Assembly: GCA_934167165.1 (NCBI GenBank)
Contig: CAKPKG010000004.1
Coordinates: forward strand, 1-60,648
DNA from: an uncultured Clostridia bacterium
GTDB lineage: Bacteria > Bacillota > Clostridia > TANB77 > CAG-508
DNA: 60,648 nucleotides
Direction of reading: 5' to 3'
In this document: positions 29,745 to 40,878 of the stretch, in pieces
How positions within the stretch are numbered: the first letter of the stretch is position 1
Layout: each line of letters opens with the position of its first letter
Translations under genes and position numbers: made by a program
The notes under the pieces: model-generated
The model's input: only the letters and a program-made list of their open reading frames with translations
Told to the model about the DNA's origin: nothing
Database searches by the model: none

Positions 29745-30692
29745 TTATTCATCCTCCTTTACGAAATCCAATCCTAATGAATGTAATTTGTTTGTAACTT
29801 CATCTAATGATTTTTTACCTAAATTTCTTACTTTCATCATATCTGCTTCTGATTTATTTGCTAAATCTTCAACAGTAACGATTCCAGCTCTTTTTAAACA
29901 ATTATAACTTCTTACTGATAGTTCTAATTCTTCTATAGGCATTTCTAATACTTTTTCTTTTTTAGATTCTTCTTTTTCTACCATTACTTGTGTATTTTTA
30001 GCTGTTTCAGATAAATCTACAAATAATTCTAAATGTCCTGTCATTACTTTTGCTGCTAAACTTAAAGCTTCATATGCTTTTAAGCTACCATCTGTCCAAA
30101 CTTCTATTGTTAATTTATCATAATCAACTGTTTGGCCTACTCTTGTATTTTCAACTGAATAATTAACTTTTTTTACAGGTGTAAATATTGAGTCTATTGG
30201 TAATACATCTATTGCTTGGTTCATTTCTTTATTTTTTTCTGCAACATTGTATCCTCTACCTTTATCAGCTGTCATATCTATTACAAGATGTCCACCTTCT
30301 GCAACTGTTGCTATATGTAAATCTTTATTTAGAACTTCTACTGTTCCGTCTGTAATAATATCTCCTGCTGTAACTTCTCCTTCACCTTTGAAGTCGATTT
30401 TTAAAGTCTTTTGTTCATTGTCAAAAGATTTTAATCTTACACTTTTCAAATTTACTATTATTTCTGGAACGTCTTCTACTACATTTGGTATTGTAGAAAA
30501 TTCATGAACAACTCCATCTATTTTTATAGTTGTTATAGCTGTTCCTGGTAATGATGATAATAGTATTCTTCTTAAAGAATTTCCTATTGTCATTCCATAA
30601 CCACGCTCTAGTGGTTCACAAACAAATTTAGCATAATTCTCTTCATCATTTGCTGCTAGACATTCTATATTTGGTTTTTCAAATTCGATCAT
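29745..30692 (-). CDS. rpoA: DNA-directed RNA polymerase alpha subunit
   Basis: 315 aa with [14 protein letters not shown] and the C-terminal [16 protein letters not shown] motif. Confidence 0.93.
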   Translation of the reverse strand: MIEFEKPNIECLAANDEENYAKFVCEPLERGYGMTIGNSLRRILLSSLPGTAITTIKIDGVVHEFSTIPNVVEDVPEIIVNLKSVRLKSFDNEQKTLKIDFKGEGEVTAGDIITDGTVEVLNKDLHIATVAEGGHLVIDMTADKGRGYNVAEKNKEMNQAIDVLPIDSIFTPVKKVNYSVENTRVGQTVDYDKLTIEVWTDGSLKAYEALSLAAKVMTGHLELFVDLSETAKNTQVMVEKEESKKEKVLEMPIEELELSVRSYNCLKRAGIVTVEDLANKSEADMMKVRNLGKKSLDEVTNKLHSLGLDFVKEDE

Positions 30693-30774
30693 TTATTTTT
30701 TAACCTCCTAATTTAGTTTTGTATTTAGAAATTTTTAGTACATTTTCTAAAATCCAAAGTCTAAACTCTAATTT

Positions 30775-31401
30775 CTATTTAGAATACAACTCAACAATTA
30801 AATGCTCTTCAACTGGTAAGTCAACATCTTCTCTTGTTGCTAATCTTACTACTTTAGCTTCTAATTTTTCGTTGTCTTTTTCTAGCCAATCTGGAATTAG
30901 TTTACTGCTATTTACTTCTGCATTTTCTTTTGCTATTTTGCTATCTTTTTTATTTTCTCTAACTGAAATTACATCTCCTGGTTTAACTAGGTATGATGCG
31001 ATATCTGTTTTTACTCCATTTACATTGAAATGACCATGGTTAACTAATTGTCTTGCTTGTGCTCTTGATGTTCCAAATCCTGCTCTATATACTACATTGT
31101 CTAATCTACTTTCTAGTATTTGTAGTAAGTTTTCACCTGTTATACCTTTTTTGTTTTCTGCCATTTCAAAATATTTTCTAAATTGCTTTTCTCCTACTCC
31201 ATAAAAAGCTTTTGTTTTTTGTTTTTCTCTTAATTGTGTACCGTATTCAGAAAGTTTTTTCTTTCCTTGTCCATGTTCACCTGGTGCATAGTTTCTTCTT
31301 GTTACACTACATTTGTCTGAATAGCATCTAGAACCTTTTAAGAACAATTTTTGTCCTTCTCTACGGCATATACGACATTGTTCGTCTTTATATCTTGACA
31401 T
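30775..31401 (-). CDS. rpsD: 30S ribosomal protein S4
   Basis: [16 protein letters not shown] zinc-finger form plus an S4 domain. Confidence 0.92.
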   Translation of the reverse strand: MSRYKDEQCRICRREGQKLFLKGSRCYSDKCSVTRRNYAPGEHGQGKKKLSEYGTQLREKQKTKAFYGVGEKQFRKYFEMAENKKGITGENLLQILESRLDNVVYRAGFGTSRAQARQLVNHGHFNVNGVKTDIASYLVKPGDVISVRENKKDSKIAKENAEVNSSKLIPDWLEKDNEKLEAKVVRLATREDVDLPVEEHLIVELYSK

Positions 31402-31425
31402 TTTAAATCTCCTTTCATTTTAACG

Positions 31426-31821
31426 TTATACTCTTCTTCTTTTTGGTGGTCTACAACCATTGTGTGGTATTGGTGTTACGTCTTTTATCATACTTATTTC
31501 TAATCCTGCTGTTTGAAGTGATCTTATTGCTGCTTCACGACCAGAACCTGGTCCTTTTACATATACTTCTACTGATTTTAATCCATGTTCCATTCCTGCT
31601 TTTGCAGCTGTTAATGCAGCTTCTCCTGCTGCGAATGGTGTGCTTTTTCTAGAACCTTTAAATCCTAATTCACCAGCACTTGCCCAAGAAATAACATTTC
31701 CTTTTTCATCAGTTATTGTAACTATTGTATTATTAAAACTAGAATGAATATGAGCTGCACCTTTTTCTATGTTTTTTCTATCTCTTCTTCTAGTAACTTT
31801 TTTTGCTGCTACCTTTGCCAT
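31426..31821 (-). CDS. rpsK: 30S ribosomal protein S11
   Basis: [20 protein letters not shown] tail. Confidence 0.92.
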   Translation of the reverse strand: MAKVAAKKVTRRRDRKNIEKGAAHIHSSFNNTIVTITDEKGNVISWASAGELGFKGSRKSTPFAAGEAALTAAKAGMEHGLKSVEVYVKGPGSGREAAIRSLQTAGLEISMIKDVTPIPHNGCRPPKRRRV

Positions 31822-31889
31822 AATCTTATCTCCTTTCGTTAAGATACTCTCTGTTTATTGGTTTGCCATATATAGCTTCCAATTATTTT

Positions 31890-32252
31890 TTATTTCTTTT
31901 TGCTTACTAATTTTCTAGGACCTTTTCTTGTACGTGCATTTGTTTTTGTTCTTTGTCCTCTTACAGGTAATCCTCTTCTATGTCTAATACCTCTAAAACA
32001 TCCTATTTCTGTTAGTCTTTTAATATTTAATGCAACTTCTCTTCTTAAATCACCTTCAACTTTATAGTCTTCCATTGCATTTCTTATTGCTTGTACTTGG
32101 TCATCTGTTAAGTCTTTTACCCTAACGTCTGGGCTAACTTTAGCTTCTGCTAATATTTTGTTTGAACTTGTTCTTCCTATTCCATAAATATATGTAAGTC
32201 CTATTTCAACCCTTTTTTCTTTAGGTAAATCTACACCTGCTATACGAGCCAT
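31890..32252 (-). CDS. rpsM: 30S ribosomal protein S13
   Basis: [10 protein letters not shown] start at 32252. Confidence 0.92.
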   Translation of the reverse strand: MARIAGVDLPKEKRVEIGLTYIYGIGRTSSNKILAEAKVSPDVRVKDLTDDQVQAIRNAMEDYKVEGDLRREVALNIKRLTEIGCFRGIRHRRGLPVRGQRTKTNARTRKGPRKLVSKKK

Positions 32253-32516
32253 TCTTTTCACCTCTTTAATTTATTTTTGTTATATCTAGTAATACTCAAT
32301 GCTGTTAAGATTAACTATAAATATGCAAATTGCAATATTTTAATTAATCTTATTTAGTTTAACTAGTAAACTTGAAATGTAGTTAAACTGGATTGTATAT
32401 ATAATAAATAAAATAGATAATTTTCCCGTGCAAAAAATTGCTTGGAACAGCCGCTACTCTATTTATATTATTAACATTATTATACAACAAATAATCTAAT
32501 AAAAATATTAGATTAC

Positions 32517-32630
32517 TTATCCTTGTCTTTGTTTGTGTTTAGGATTTTCACATATAACCCTTGTAACACCTTTTCTTTTAATTACTTTGCATTTTTCACA
32601 TATTTTTTTTACTGATGGTCTTACTTTCAT
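32517..32630 (-). CDS. rpmJ: 50S ribosomal protein L36
   Basis: Not in the ORF track (37 aa): [37 protein letters not shown]. Confidence 0.9.
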   Translation of the reverse strand: MKVRPSVKKICEKCKVIKRKGVTRVICENPKHKQRQG

Positions 32631-32714
32631 TTTCTCACCTCATTTATTTTTCATGGATTTTGTATTAATTTATTTTATATTAAAATTTAAAACAAATCAA
32701 AAATGGTATATTGT

Positions 32715-32933
32715 TTATTTTGCTCTCCAAGTAATACGTCCACGATTCAAATCATATGGAGAAAGTTCAAGTTTTACTTTATCTCCTGGTAATATTTTTA
32801 TGTAATTCATTCTAAGTTTTCCAGAAATGTGTGCTAAAACTTGGTGTCCATTTTCTAATTCTACTTTAAAATTTGTATTTGGTAAAGCTTCTACTACTAT
32901 ACCTTCTACTTCTATAACATCTTCTTTTGACAA
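32715..32933 (-). CDS. infA: translation initiation factor IF-1
   Basis: 72 aa S1-like protein with the motif [16 protein letters not shown]. Confidence 0.93.
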   Translation of the reverse strand: MSKEDVIEVEGIVVEALPNTNFKVELENGHQVLAHISGKLRMNYIKILPGDKVKLELSPYDLNRGRITWRAK

Positions 32934-32996
32934 AATCTGTTACCTCCATTTATTTATTAATACTAAAATCAACCAATATATTATATACTATATATT

Positions 32997-33764
32997 CTAT
33001 ATTGTCAATATTTCTGGTTCTTTTTCTGTTATTAAAATTGTATTTTCATAATGTGCAGCTAAACTTCCATCTTCTGATATGATAGTCCAGCCATCATCTA
33101 GTTGTAAAATTCCTTCTTTTCCTTGAATTACCATAGGCTCAATTGCTAGTGTCATGCCAGGTTCAAGTCTTATTCCTCTTCCCGCTTTACCGTAGTTTGG
33201 AATTCCTGGATCTTCATGCATACTTGTTCCTATACCATGTCCTTGAAATTCTTTTACAACTGAATAACCATTTTTTTCTACATATTCTCCAATTGCGTGA
33301 GATATATCTCCAATTCTAAAACCTTTTTTGGCAAATTTTATTCCTTCAAAAAAGGCTTGTTTAGTTACATCTATTAGTCTTTGAGTTGATGCAGGAACTT
33401 TACCTACAATGTATGTTCTTGCACAATCTCCATTAAATCCATTTTTATATGCAACTAAATCTACACTTACTATATCTCCCTCTTTTAATATTGCTCTTTT
33501 AGATGGTATACCATGTATTACTTCGTCATTTACAGAAGCACATATTGAACCTGGAAAATCTGAAACTCCTTTTACTCCACTTGGATAACCTTTTTCTGCC
33601 GGGATTGCTCCGTTTTTTCTCATGGTATCTTCTGCAATTTTATCTAATTCATATGTAGATATTCCTGGTCTAATTGCTTTTTCTATTTCTTTTTGAGCAA
33701 GAGATGCAACTCTACATGCTTCTTTCATTAATTCTATTTCTCTTTTTGATTTAATTGTTACCAA
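32997..33764 (-). CDS. map: methionine aminopeptidase type I
   Basis: IKSKREIELMKEA and HGIG motifs. Start uncertain (TTG at 33764 after GGGGG). The upstream part of the track ORF overlaps a repeat. Confidence 0.85.
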   Translation of the reverse strand: MVTIKSKREIELMKEACRVASLAQKEIEKAIRPGISTYELDKIAEDTMRKNGAIPAEKGYPSGVKGVSDFPGSICASVNDEVIHGIPSKRAILKEGDIVSVDLVAYKNGFNGDCARTYIVGKVPASTQRLIDVTKQAFFEGIKFAKKGFRIGDISHAIGEYVEKNGYSVVKEFQGHGIGTSMHEDPGIPNYGKAGRGIRLEPGMTLAIEPMVIQGKEGILQLDDGWTIISEDGSLAAHYENTILITEKEPEILTI

Positions 33765-33793
33765 AATGATTACCCCCATAAATTGGAATTTCA

Positions 33794-33891
33794 CGAAGTG
33801 CGAAGTGCGAGGTGTGAAGTGTGAAGAATAGGGAAAGGCCTACGAAGCCTTACCCTACAAATCCCACCTCCAACATCACACCTCTCACATC
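33794..33891. repeat. heptad-arm hairpin repeat (family 1), copy d, orientation B
   Basis: CGAAGTG CGAAGTG CGAGGTG TGAAGTG TGAAG, core, then CCCACCT CCAACAT CACACCT CTCACATC. Close to the reverse complement of copy h. Confidence 0.8.
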
Positions 33892-33917
33892 AATTAAACA
33901 AATTCCAATTTATCCAA

Positions 33918-34577
33918 TTAATTATTTTTAATGTATTCCTCTACTTCTTTTGCAACATCGTAAGATGTTTTTCCTACTTTGTCGCCTGCTTTTGCATCGT
34001 ATAATATGTTTGCATTTTTATAATGATTTATTAATTCTTCTGCTGTTTTGCTATAAACTTGTAGTCTATTTTCTACAACTTCTGGTTTTTGATCTTCTCT
34101 TTGATATAGTTCTCCACCACATTTGTCGCATATTCCTTCAACTTTTGGTGGATTGAATACTACATTGTATATTTCACTACATCCTTTGCAACTTCTTCTA
34201 TTTGCAATTCTTTCTACTATTTCATCAAATGGAACGTCTATATTTAATGCCATGTCTACTTTTGCATTCATTTCTTTTAACATGTTATCAAGACTTACAG
34301 CTTGTACACCAGTTCTTGGGAATCCATCTAAAACTGCTCCGTTTTCTACATCTGCTCCATTTAGTCTTTCTTTTAACATTTTTATTGTTACTTCGTCTGG
34401 AACAAGTTCACCTTTGTCCATATATTGTTTTGCTTCTTTTCCTAATTCTGTTTCATTTTTTAAATTTTCTCTAAATAAATCTCCTGTTGATATATGAGCT
34501 AATTTTAAATCTTCTGCTATTATTTTTCCAACAGTTCCTTTTCCACTGCCTGGGGCTCCTAGTAATACTATAAACAT
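33918..34577 (-). CDS. adk: adenylate kinase (zinc-lid form)
   Basis: GAPGSGKGT P-loop. CKGC...CDKC lid. Confidence 0.93.
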   Translation of the reverse strand: MFIVLLGAPGSGKGTVGKIIAEDLKLAHISTGDLFRENLKNETELGKEAKQYMDKGELVPDEVTIKMLKERLNGADVENGAVLDGFPRTGVQAVSLDNMLKEMNAKVDMALNIDVPFDEIVERIANRRSCKGCSEIYNVVFNPPKVEGICDKCGGELYQREDQKPEVVENRLQVYSKTAEELINHYKNANILYDAKAGDKVGKTSYDVAKEVEEYIKNN

Positions 34578-34592
34578 ATCTTTCCTCCTCTT

Positions 34593-34711
34593 GAATAAAT
34601 GAAAAACATCGCACTACGTCGTTAAACTTCTTAAAATTTTTCTCGACATATTGCATATAGTCTCGAAAAATTTTACTCGTTTGCCTAGTATTGCTCGTTT
34701 TTGATTTATTC
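34593..34711. repeat. TIR-bounded palindromic element (family 2), copy a
   Basis: Termini GAATAAATGAAAAAC ... GTTTTTGATTTATTC form a 15-nt inverted repeat with one mismatch. Central dyad TTTTTCTCGAC...GTCTCGAAAAA. Confidence 0.7.
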
Positions 34712-34757
34712 TAGTTTTTATATTTTTTATTTCAATTTAACAAAAAACGAAGCAAAA

Positions 34758-34818
34758 GTGAGATGTGTGAAGTGTGATTTCATATTTTTCACACTTCTCA
34801 CTTCACACTTCACACTTC
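34758..34818. repeat. heptad-arm hairpin repeat (family 1), short copy e
   Basis: GTGAGATGTGTGAAGTGTGA, loop, then TCACACTTCTCACTTCACACTTCACACTTC. Abuts the secY stop codon. Confidence 0.7.
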
Positions 34819-36152
34819 TACTCTAAAAATCCTTTATAATGTCTCATTACTAATCTAGACTCTAATTGTTGTACTGTTTCTAATGCAACACCTACTACGA
34901 TAAGTATTGATGTTCCACCGAATGCAACGTTAAGTCCTGTAAATCTCATAAGCATTGGAAGTATTGCTATTACACTTAAGAATATACCTCCAAATAAAGT
35001 TAATTTACTCATAATTGATGATAAGAAATCTGTTGTAGGTTTTCCTGCTCTAATTCCTGGAATAAACCCACCATTTTTCTTAATATTGTTTGATACTTCT
35101 GCTGGATTGAATGTTGCATATGTGTAAAAGTATGTAAATCCAAGGATTAATAACAAGTACACAATTGCATTTGCTATTGTATATCCAATTCCAACATTAG
35201 ATGTTGATGTAGCTATTGAAAATTTATAAATTGTAGCCCAGAAACCTGTTTGGCTTGCTATGTTTGCATTAAACATTTGTATAATCATTGCTGGGAATGT
35301 CATAAATGATGATGCAAATATTACAGGCATAACTCCTGCCATTGCAAGTTTTAGAGGAATATGTGTGTTTTGTCCTCCGTACATTTTTCTTCCTACTACT
35401 TTTTTAGCATATTGTACTGGTATTCTTCTTTCAGCTTCTTGTACAAATACAACTCCAGCTACAAGAATTATTGCTCCTATTATAATTCCTAGGGAAATTA
35501 ATAATCCTGTTGTGCTAAATCCATTAGCTGTTATTATTAATTTATACATAGTTGTAACTGCTGATGGTAATGAAGCAATTATACCTATAAATATAATTAT
35601 TGATATGCCATTACCAATTCCTTTATTAGTGATTTGTTCTCCAAGCCACATTAAAAGTGCTGTTCCTGCTACTAGTGAAAGTACTATTAATGCACCTGTT
35701 CCAAATCCTGGATTGATAAATACCCCATATGCAGAATATGTACTGCTATAAGATAGGTAAATACCTATTGCTTCTACTAATGCTAATATTAATGTAACAA
35801 GTTTTGTATACTTGTTTATTTTAGCTCTACCTTCTTCTCCGCCTTCTTTCATAAGTCTTTCTAAAGAAGGTATTACCATTCCTAATAATTGTATAACAAT
35901 TGATGCTGTAATATATGGGCTAATACTCATTGCAAATATTGAGAATCTTGAAAAAGCTCCTCCTGAAATCAAATCTATAAATCCAGATAAACTGTTTGAA
36001 CCTGTTTTAGCTAATTCACTTAAAGCAAGTGTATCAATTCCTGGAACTGATATAAAACATCCTAATCTAAATATTACTATTAATAGTAATGTATACATTA
36101 ATCTTTTTCTAATTTCTGGAGTTTTTAAAGCATTTTTAATTGTTTTAAACAA
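34818..36152 (-). CDS. secY: preprotein translocase subunit SecY
   Basis: 444 aa, 10 TM segments, conserved position after rplO. Confidence 0.93.
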   Translation of the reverse strand: MFKTIKNALKTPEIRKRLMYTLLLIVIFRLGCFISVPGIDTLALSELAKTGSNSLSGFIDLISGGAFSRFSIFAMSISPYITASIVIQLLGMVIPSLERLMKEGGEEGRAKINKYTKLVTLILALVEAIGIYLSYSSTYSAYGVFINPGFGTGALIVLSLVAGTALLMWLGEQITNKGIGNGISIIIFIGIIASLPSAVTTMYKLIITANGFSTTGLLISLGIIIGAIILVAGVVFVQEAERRIPVQYAKKVVGRKMYGGQNTHIPLKLAMAGVMPVIFASSFMTFPAMIIQMFNANIASQTGFWATIYKFSIATSTSNVGIGYTIANAIVYLLLILGFTYFYTYATFNPAEVSNNIKKNGGFIPGIRAGKPTTDFLSSIMSKLTLFGGIFLSVIAILPMLMRFTGLNVAFGGTSILIVVGVALETVQQLESRLVMRHYKGFLE

Positions 36153-36153
36153 A

Positions 36154-36588
36154 TTAAATCACCTCTGCTTTTCCACCAGCTGCTTCTATTTTTTCTTGTG
36201 CAGCTTTTGTAAATCTTGTTGCTTGTACTGTTAATTTTTTATCTAAATTTCCAGTAGCTAAAACAACGATACCATCATTAGCTTTGCTTATAATTCCATC
36301 TGCAATTAAGCTTTCTGCATTAACGATTTCTGATTTACTGTTGTTAAGCATTGTTAAAGTTACTTCTGTGTAGTTTGCAGCATGAATATTTTTAAATCCT
36401 CTTTTTGGTAATCTTCTATATAATGGTGTTTGACCTCCTTCAAATCCACGTCTAACTCCTCCACCAGATCTTGCTTTTTGACCTTTATGGCCTCTTCCTG
36501 ATGTTTTTCCTAGACCTGAACCGATTCCACGTCCTACTCTTCTTCTTGTAACTTTTTCTTGGCTAGCTTTTATGTTTCCTAATTCCAT
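36154..36588 (-). CDS. rplO: 50S ribosomal protein L15
   Basis: [22 protein letters not shown] motif. Confidence 0.92.
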   Translation of the reverse strand: MELGNIKASQEKVTRRRVGRGIGSGLGKTSGRGHKGQKARSGGGVRRGFEGGQTPLYRRLPKRGFKNIHAANYTEVTLTMLNNSKSEIVNAESLIADGIISKANDGIVVLATGNLDKKLTVQATRFTKAAQEKIEAAGGKAEVI

Positions 36589-36645
36589 CTGTTTCCCTCC
36601 ATTTCTTATTATGCCATTACAATTTAGTTTGCATTTTTAGATTTT

Positions 36646-36711
36646 GAAGTGTGATGTGAGAAGTGAGATTTAAAGAAAATCTTTCGATTTGCACCTCTCA
36701 CATCACACTTC
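36646..36711. repeat. heptad-arm hairpin repeat (family 1), short copy f
   Basis: GAAGTGTGATGTGAGAAGTGAGA, loop, then GCACCTCTCACATCACACTTC. Occupies the slot where rpmD normally lies. Confidence 0.7.
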
Positions 36712-36757
36712 TTATATTAAAATTGCAATTTTACGTTCTAAAAGTAATGTTTCTAAA

Positions 36758-37246
36758 TTATAATATTTCTTCTACTTTTTTTCCTCTTTTTTTAGCAACT
36801 TCTTCAGCTGTTGACATGTTTTCTAGAGCATTTATTGTAGCATATCCAACGTTTCTTGGGTTGTTTGTTCCGATTACTTTTGTTTTTATATCTCTATATC
36901 CAGCAAGTTCAAGTATTGGTCTTACGCTTCCACCTGCTATTAATCCAGATCCTTCTGCTCCTGGTTTTAATAATACGCTTGCAGAACCAAATGTTCCTAT
37001 GAACTCATGTGGTATTGTTGTTCCTACGATTGGTACTTCGATTAAGTTCTTTTTAGCATCTTCTATTGCTTTTTTTATTGCGTCTGGAACTTCTGCTGCT
37101 TTTCCATTTCCGATTCCAACGTGTCCGTTTTCGTCACCAACAACAACTACTGCGCTAAATCTGAAATTTCTACCACCTTTAACAACTTTTGCAACTCTGT
37201 TAATGGCTACTACTTTCTCTTTTAATTCAACTACTTCGTTTTCCAT
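36758..37246 (-). CDS. rpsE: 30S ribosomal protein S5
   Basis: [21 protein letters not shown] motif. Confidence 0.92.
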   Translation of the reverse strand: MENEVVELKEKVVAINRVAKVVKGGRNFRFSAVVVVGDENGHVGIGNGKAAEVPDAIKKAIEDAKKNLIEVPIVGTTIPHEFIGTFGSASVLLKPGAEGSGLIAGGSVRPILELAGYRDIKTKVIGTNNPRNVGYATINALENMSTAEEVAKKRGKKVEEIL

Positions 37247-37266
37247 ATTTTTAAAAGTTTCCCTCC

Positions 37267-37626
37267 TTAAAATTCTAATCCTGCTTCTCTTGCAGCTTCT
37301 GCAAGTTCTTTTACTATACCGTGGTAAATATATCCACCTCTATCATAAACAACATTTTTTATGTTTTTTTCAATTGCTCTTTTTGCAATTAATGTTCCAA
37401 CTTCTTTTGCAGCTTCTTTATTAGATTTTTTTGTTTTTACTGCTTTATCTAATGTTGATGCTGAAACAAGTGTTACTCCTTTTACGTCATCTATGATTTG
37501 TGCATATACATTAGTATTACTTCTATAAACACATAATCTTGGACATTCAGCTGTTCCGCTTATTTTTGTACGTACTCTTGTATGTCTTCTTTCTCTTTCT
37601 AATTTTCTATTTGTTTTGCTAATCAT
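37267..37626 (-). CDS. rplR: 50S ribosomal protein L18
   Basis: [24 protein letters not shown] motif. Confidence 0.92.
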   Translation of the reverse strand: MISKTNRKLERERRHTRVRTKISGTAECPRLCVYRSNTNVYAQIIDDVKGVTLVSASTLDKAVKTKKSNKEAAKEVGTLIAKRAIEKNIKNVVYDRGGYIYHGIVKELAEAAREAGLEF

Positions 37627-37668
37627 TTAAGAATTTCTCCTTTCTCTTATAATTATTTTCACTTTATT

Positions 37669-38205
37669 CTATTTACCTGTTTTACCTTCTTTTCTTCTAA
37701 TATGTTCATCAACATATTTAATACCTTTTCCTCTATATACTTCTGGTGGTCTTTTGCCTCTTATTTCTGCAGCCATTTGACCTACTAATTCTTTATCAAT
37801 TCCTCTTACTATTATTGAGTTTGGATTTGGTACTTCATATGTTATACCTTGTGGTTCAACCATTTCTACTGGATGTGAATATCCAAGAGTTAAAACTATT
37901 TTATTTCCTTGTTTTGCAGCTCTATATCCTACTCCGTTTATTTCTAATTGTTTTGTAAATTCATTAGAAACTCCTTCGATCATATTGTTTATTAATGTTC
38001 TTGTTAAACCATGTAAACTTCTATTTTCTTTTTCGTCGTTTGGTCTTGTTACTACAATAACACCATTTTCTAGTTTTATAGAAATGTTATCATTAACTAT
38101 TCTTTCTAATGTTCCTTTAGGTCCTTTTACAGTTATTTTTTGTCCATCTATTGCTACATCTATTCCAGCTGGAACTGTAATTGGTTTGTTTCCTATTCTT
38201 GACAT
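37669..38205 (-). CDS. rplF: 50S ribosomal protein L6
   Basis: [14 protein letters not shown] start. Confidence 0.92.
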   Translation of the reverse strand: MSRIGNKPITVPAGIDVAIDGQKITVKGPKGTLERIVNDNISIKLENGVIVVTRPNDEKENRSLHGLTRTLINNMIEGVSNEFTKQLEINGVGYRAAKQGNKIVLTLGYSHPVEMVEPQGITYEVPNPNSIIVRGIDKELVGQMAAEIRGKRPPEVYRGKGIKYVDEHIRRKEGKTGK

Positions 38206-38284
38206 ACCTTTTACTCCCTTCTTAAAATACTTTTTTATTTTCGATTTTCATTTTTAATTTTTATTTTTGTGAAAGCAAGTTTAA

Positions 38285-38683
38285 TTACCAAATATATGCT
38301 AAAACTTCTCCACCGATTCCGGCTTCTCTTGCTTGTTTATCTGTCATAACACCTTTTGATGTTGAGATTAAAGCAATTCCTAATCCGTTTAATACTTTTG
38401 GAAGTTCGTCTTTTGCTGCATATATTCTTAAACCTGGTTTGCTTATTCTTTTTAATCCAGATATAACTTTTTTACCTTTTTCTGTATATTTTAGGCTTAC
38501 TCTTATAATACCTTGATTATCATTTTTTATTTCTTCATATGATTTAATATATCCTTCATTAAATAAAATCTCTGCTATTGATTTTTTCATTTTAGATGCT
38601 GGAATATCAACTGTTTTAAATTTTGCACTGTTTGCATTTCTTATTCTTGTTAGCATGTCTGCTATTGGATCAGTAGTATTCAT
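38285..38683 (-). CDS. rpsH: 30S ribosomal protein S8
   Basis: [13 protein letters not shown] motif. Confidence 0.92.
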   Translation of the reverse strand: MNTTDPIADMLTRIRNANSAKFKTVDIPASKMKKSIAEILFNEGYIKSYEEIKNDNQGIIRVSLKYTEKGKKVISGLKRISKPGLRIYAAKDELPKVLNGLGIALISTSKGVMTDKQAREAGIGGEVLAYIW

Positions 38684-38711
38684 TAATTTTTCTTCCTCCT
38701 TTTCTTTATTT

Positions 38712-38846
38712 GAAGTGAGATGTGAGAAATGAGAAATATGAAAAACATAATTTCTTTATAATAACATCTAACTTCTTTTTATATTATAATTGCGGTTTAA
38801 TGTTAGATTTGGTGTTTCTCATCTCTAACATCTCACCCCTCACCTC
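38712..38846. repeat. heptad-arm hairpin repeat (family 1), long variant copy g
   Basis: GAAGTGA GATGTGA GAAATGA ..., AT-rich insert of about 80 nt, then ... CATCTCT AACATCT CACCCCT CACCTC. Confidence 0.6.
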
Positions 38847-38850
38847 GTTT

Positions 38851-39036
38851 TTACCAGCTTGCTTTTTTTACACCTGGTATCTCACCTTTATGTGCTAATT
38901 CTCTAAAGCATATACGGCAAATTCCATATTTTCTTATATATGCATGTGGTCTACCACATAATTTACATCTATTATATTCTCTTGTTTTAAATTTTTGTGG
39001 TTTTTGTTGCTTTACAATCATTGATTTTTTAGCCAT
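38851..39036 (-). CDS. rpsZ: 30S ribosomal protein S14 type Z (Cys4)
   Basis: 61 aa with CKLCGRP...CRICFRE. Confidence 0.92.
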   Translation of the reverse strand: MAKKSMIVKQQKPQKFKTREYNRCKLCGRPHAYIRKYGICRICFRELAHKGEIPGVKKASW

Positions 39037-39058
39037 AATTCTTATTTTCCTCCTTTAT

Positions 39059-39598
39059 TTAAACTCTAAAAGGCATTCCTAATAATGTAAGTAATTCTTT
39101 TGCTTCTTCATCAGTTTTTGCTGTTGTTACAAATATAATATCCATTCCTCTTATTTTATCGATTTTATCATATTCGATTTCTGGGAATATTAATTGTTCT
39201 TTTATACCTAATGAATAATTTCCTTTTCCATCAAATGAGTTTTTAGATACACCTCTAAAATCTCTTACTCTTGGAAGTGCTAGGTTAAATAGTTTGTCTG
39301 CAAAGTCATACATTTTTCCTGCTCTTAAAGTAACTTTACATCCTACATTTACACCTTCTCTTAATTTAAATGCTGCAATTGATTTCTTTGCTTTAGTTAT
39401 AACTGGTTTTTGACCTGTTATAAGTGTTAAATCTGATATTGCATTATCTAAACTTTTTGGATTATCTTTTATATCTCCTAATCCTATATTTATAACTATT
39501 TTTTCTAATTTAGGAACTTCCATTACTGATTTATATTCAAATTTTTTCATTAATGCTGGTATTACTTCTTTTTGATATTGTTCTTTTAAATTTTCCAT
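39059..39598 (-). CDS. rplE: 50S ribosomal protein L5
   Basis: 179 aa with [13 protein letters not shown] and [10 protein letters not shown] motifs. Confidence 0.92.
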   Translation of the reverse strand: MENLKEQYQKEVIPALMKKFEYKSVMEVPKLEKIVINIGLGDIKDNPKSLDNAISDLTLITGQKPVITKAKKSIAAFKLREGVNVGCKVTLRAGKMYDFADKLFNLALPRVRDFRGVSKNSFDGKGNYSLGIKEQLIFPEIEYDKIDKIRGMDIIFVTTAKTDEEAKELLTLLGMPFRV

Positions 39599-39623
39599 GG
39601 ACAGTTTTTTCCTCCTTTTTTAA

Positions 39624-39932
39624 CTATTTTAATTTTGCTCCGCATTTTTTACAAATACGTGTTTTTTCTTTTCCTTCTTTTTCTATTTTTATTCTAGTAG
39701 GTTTGTTGCATTTTGGGCAAACTACGTTAACTTTGCTACTATGTATGCTACATTCTACAGGAATAATTCCACCTTCTTCACCTTGTTTTCTAGGTTTAAC
39801 GTGTTTTTTTCTTATATTTATGCCTTTAACTATTATTCTATCTGTTTTTGGCATTGTGTCTAAAACTTCACCAGTTTTACCTTTATCATTTCCTGATAAA
39901 ACTTGAACTGTATCGCCTTTTTTTATTTTCAT
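39624..39932 (-). CDS. rplX: 50S ribosomal protein L24 (with a Cys4 C-terminal segment)
   Basis: KKGDTVQVLSGNDKGKTGEV KOW motif. C-terminus CPKC...CKKC. Confidence 0.9.
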   Translation of the reverse strand: MKIKKGDTVQVLSGNDKGKTGEVLDTMPKTDRIIVKGINIRKKHVKPRKQGEEGGIIPVECSIHSSKVNVVCPKCNKPTRIKIEKEGKEKTRICKKCGAKLK

Positions 39933-39952
39933 TCTATTTTCACCTCTGTTTT

Positions 39953-40321
39953 TTATAATACTTCTGGAGCTAATGATAATATTTTCATATAATCTTTATC
40001 TCTTAATTCTCTTGCTATAGGCCCAAATATACGAGTACCTTTTGGATTTTTATCATCACGAATAATAACTGCTGCATTTTCGTCAAATCTTACATAAGAT
40101 CCATCAGCTCTTCTAATTGGTTTTTTTGTTCTTACTATAACTGCTTTTACTACATCACCTTTTTTTACAACTCCATTTGGTATAGCACTTTTTACTGATG
40201 CAACTATTACATCTCCAACACCTGCAAATTTTCTATGTGAACCACCTAAACATCTAATACACATTAATTCTTTTGCTCCTGTGTTGTCTGCTACTTTTAG
40301 TCTTGATTGTTGTTGTATCAT
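39953..40321 (-). CDS. rplN: 50S ribosomal protein L14
   Basis: [18 protein letters not shown] start at 40321. Confidence 0.92.
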   Translation of the reverse strand: MIQQQSRLKVADNTGAKELMCIRCLGGSHRKFAGVGDVIVASVKSAIPNGVVKKGDVVKAVIVRTKKPIRRADGSYVRFDENAAVIIRDDKNPKGTRIFGPIARELRDKDYMKILSLAPEVL

Positions 40322-40381
40322 TATGGTTTCCTCCTTTTTTATTTGTGAAGTGAATTTATACTCTTCACTATCATTCTTCAT

Positions 40382-40645
40382 TTATTTTATAACTGCTTTT
40401 TCTACAACTTCTACTAATCTCCATCTTTTATCTTTAGATAGAGGTCTTGTTTCCATTACTTTTACTTTATCACCTATTTGGCATTGATTTTCTTCATCAT
40501 GAGCTTTTAATTTATATGTTCTTTTAACGATTTTACCATATATAGGATGTTTAACACTTGTTTCAACTGATACAACTATTGTTTTATCCATTTTGTTTGA
40601 TGTTACTGTACCAATCATAACTTTACGAAGATTTCTTTCTTCCAT
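40382..40645 (-). CDS. rpsQ: 30S ribosomal protein S17
   Basis: ATG at 40645 follows [21 protein letters not shown] motif. Confidence 0.9.
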   Translation of the reverse strand: MEERNLRKVMIGTVTSNKMDKTIVVSVETSVKHPIYGKIVKRTYKLKAHDEENQCQIGDKVKVMETRPLSKDKRWRLVEVVEKAVIK

Positions 40646-40677
40646 TAAATTTTCCTCCTTCAAGATTTGTTTTTATA

Positions 40678-40878
40678 TTATTTTGCTTCTTCCATTTCTC
40701 TTTGTTTTAGAATAGTATTAACTCTAGCTATATCTTTTTTTACTTCTTTGATTTTCATAGGATTATCTAATCCGTTTGTAGCTAAGCTAAATCTTAATTT
40801 GAATAATTCAGATTTTAGTTCTACTAATTCTTTTTCTAGCTCTGGTGAAGACATCTCTCTTATTTTATTTATCTTCAT
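40678..40878 (-). CDS. rpmC: 50S ribosomal protein L29
   Basis: [22 protein letters not shown]. Start at 40878 or 40881. Confidence 0.88.
   Translation of the reverse strand: MKINKIREMSSPELEKELVELKSELFKLRFSLATNGLDNPMKIKEVKKDIARVNTILKQREMEEAK

Noticed and set aside
33794-38846. Family-1 heptad repeats as a CRISPR array or as tandem iterons of a replication origin.
   Set aside because: There are no regularly spaced identical direct repeats with unique spacers. The copies are dispersed single hairpins many kb apart, and no cas or rep genes are present.
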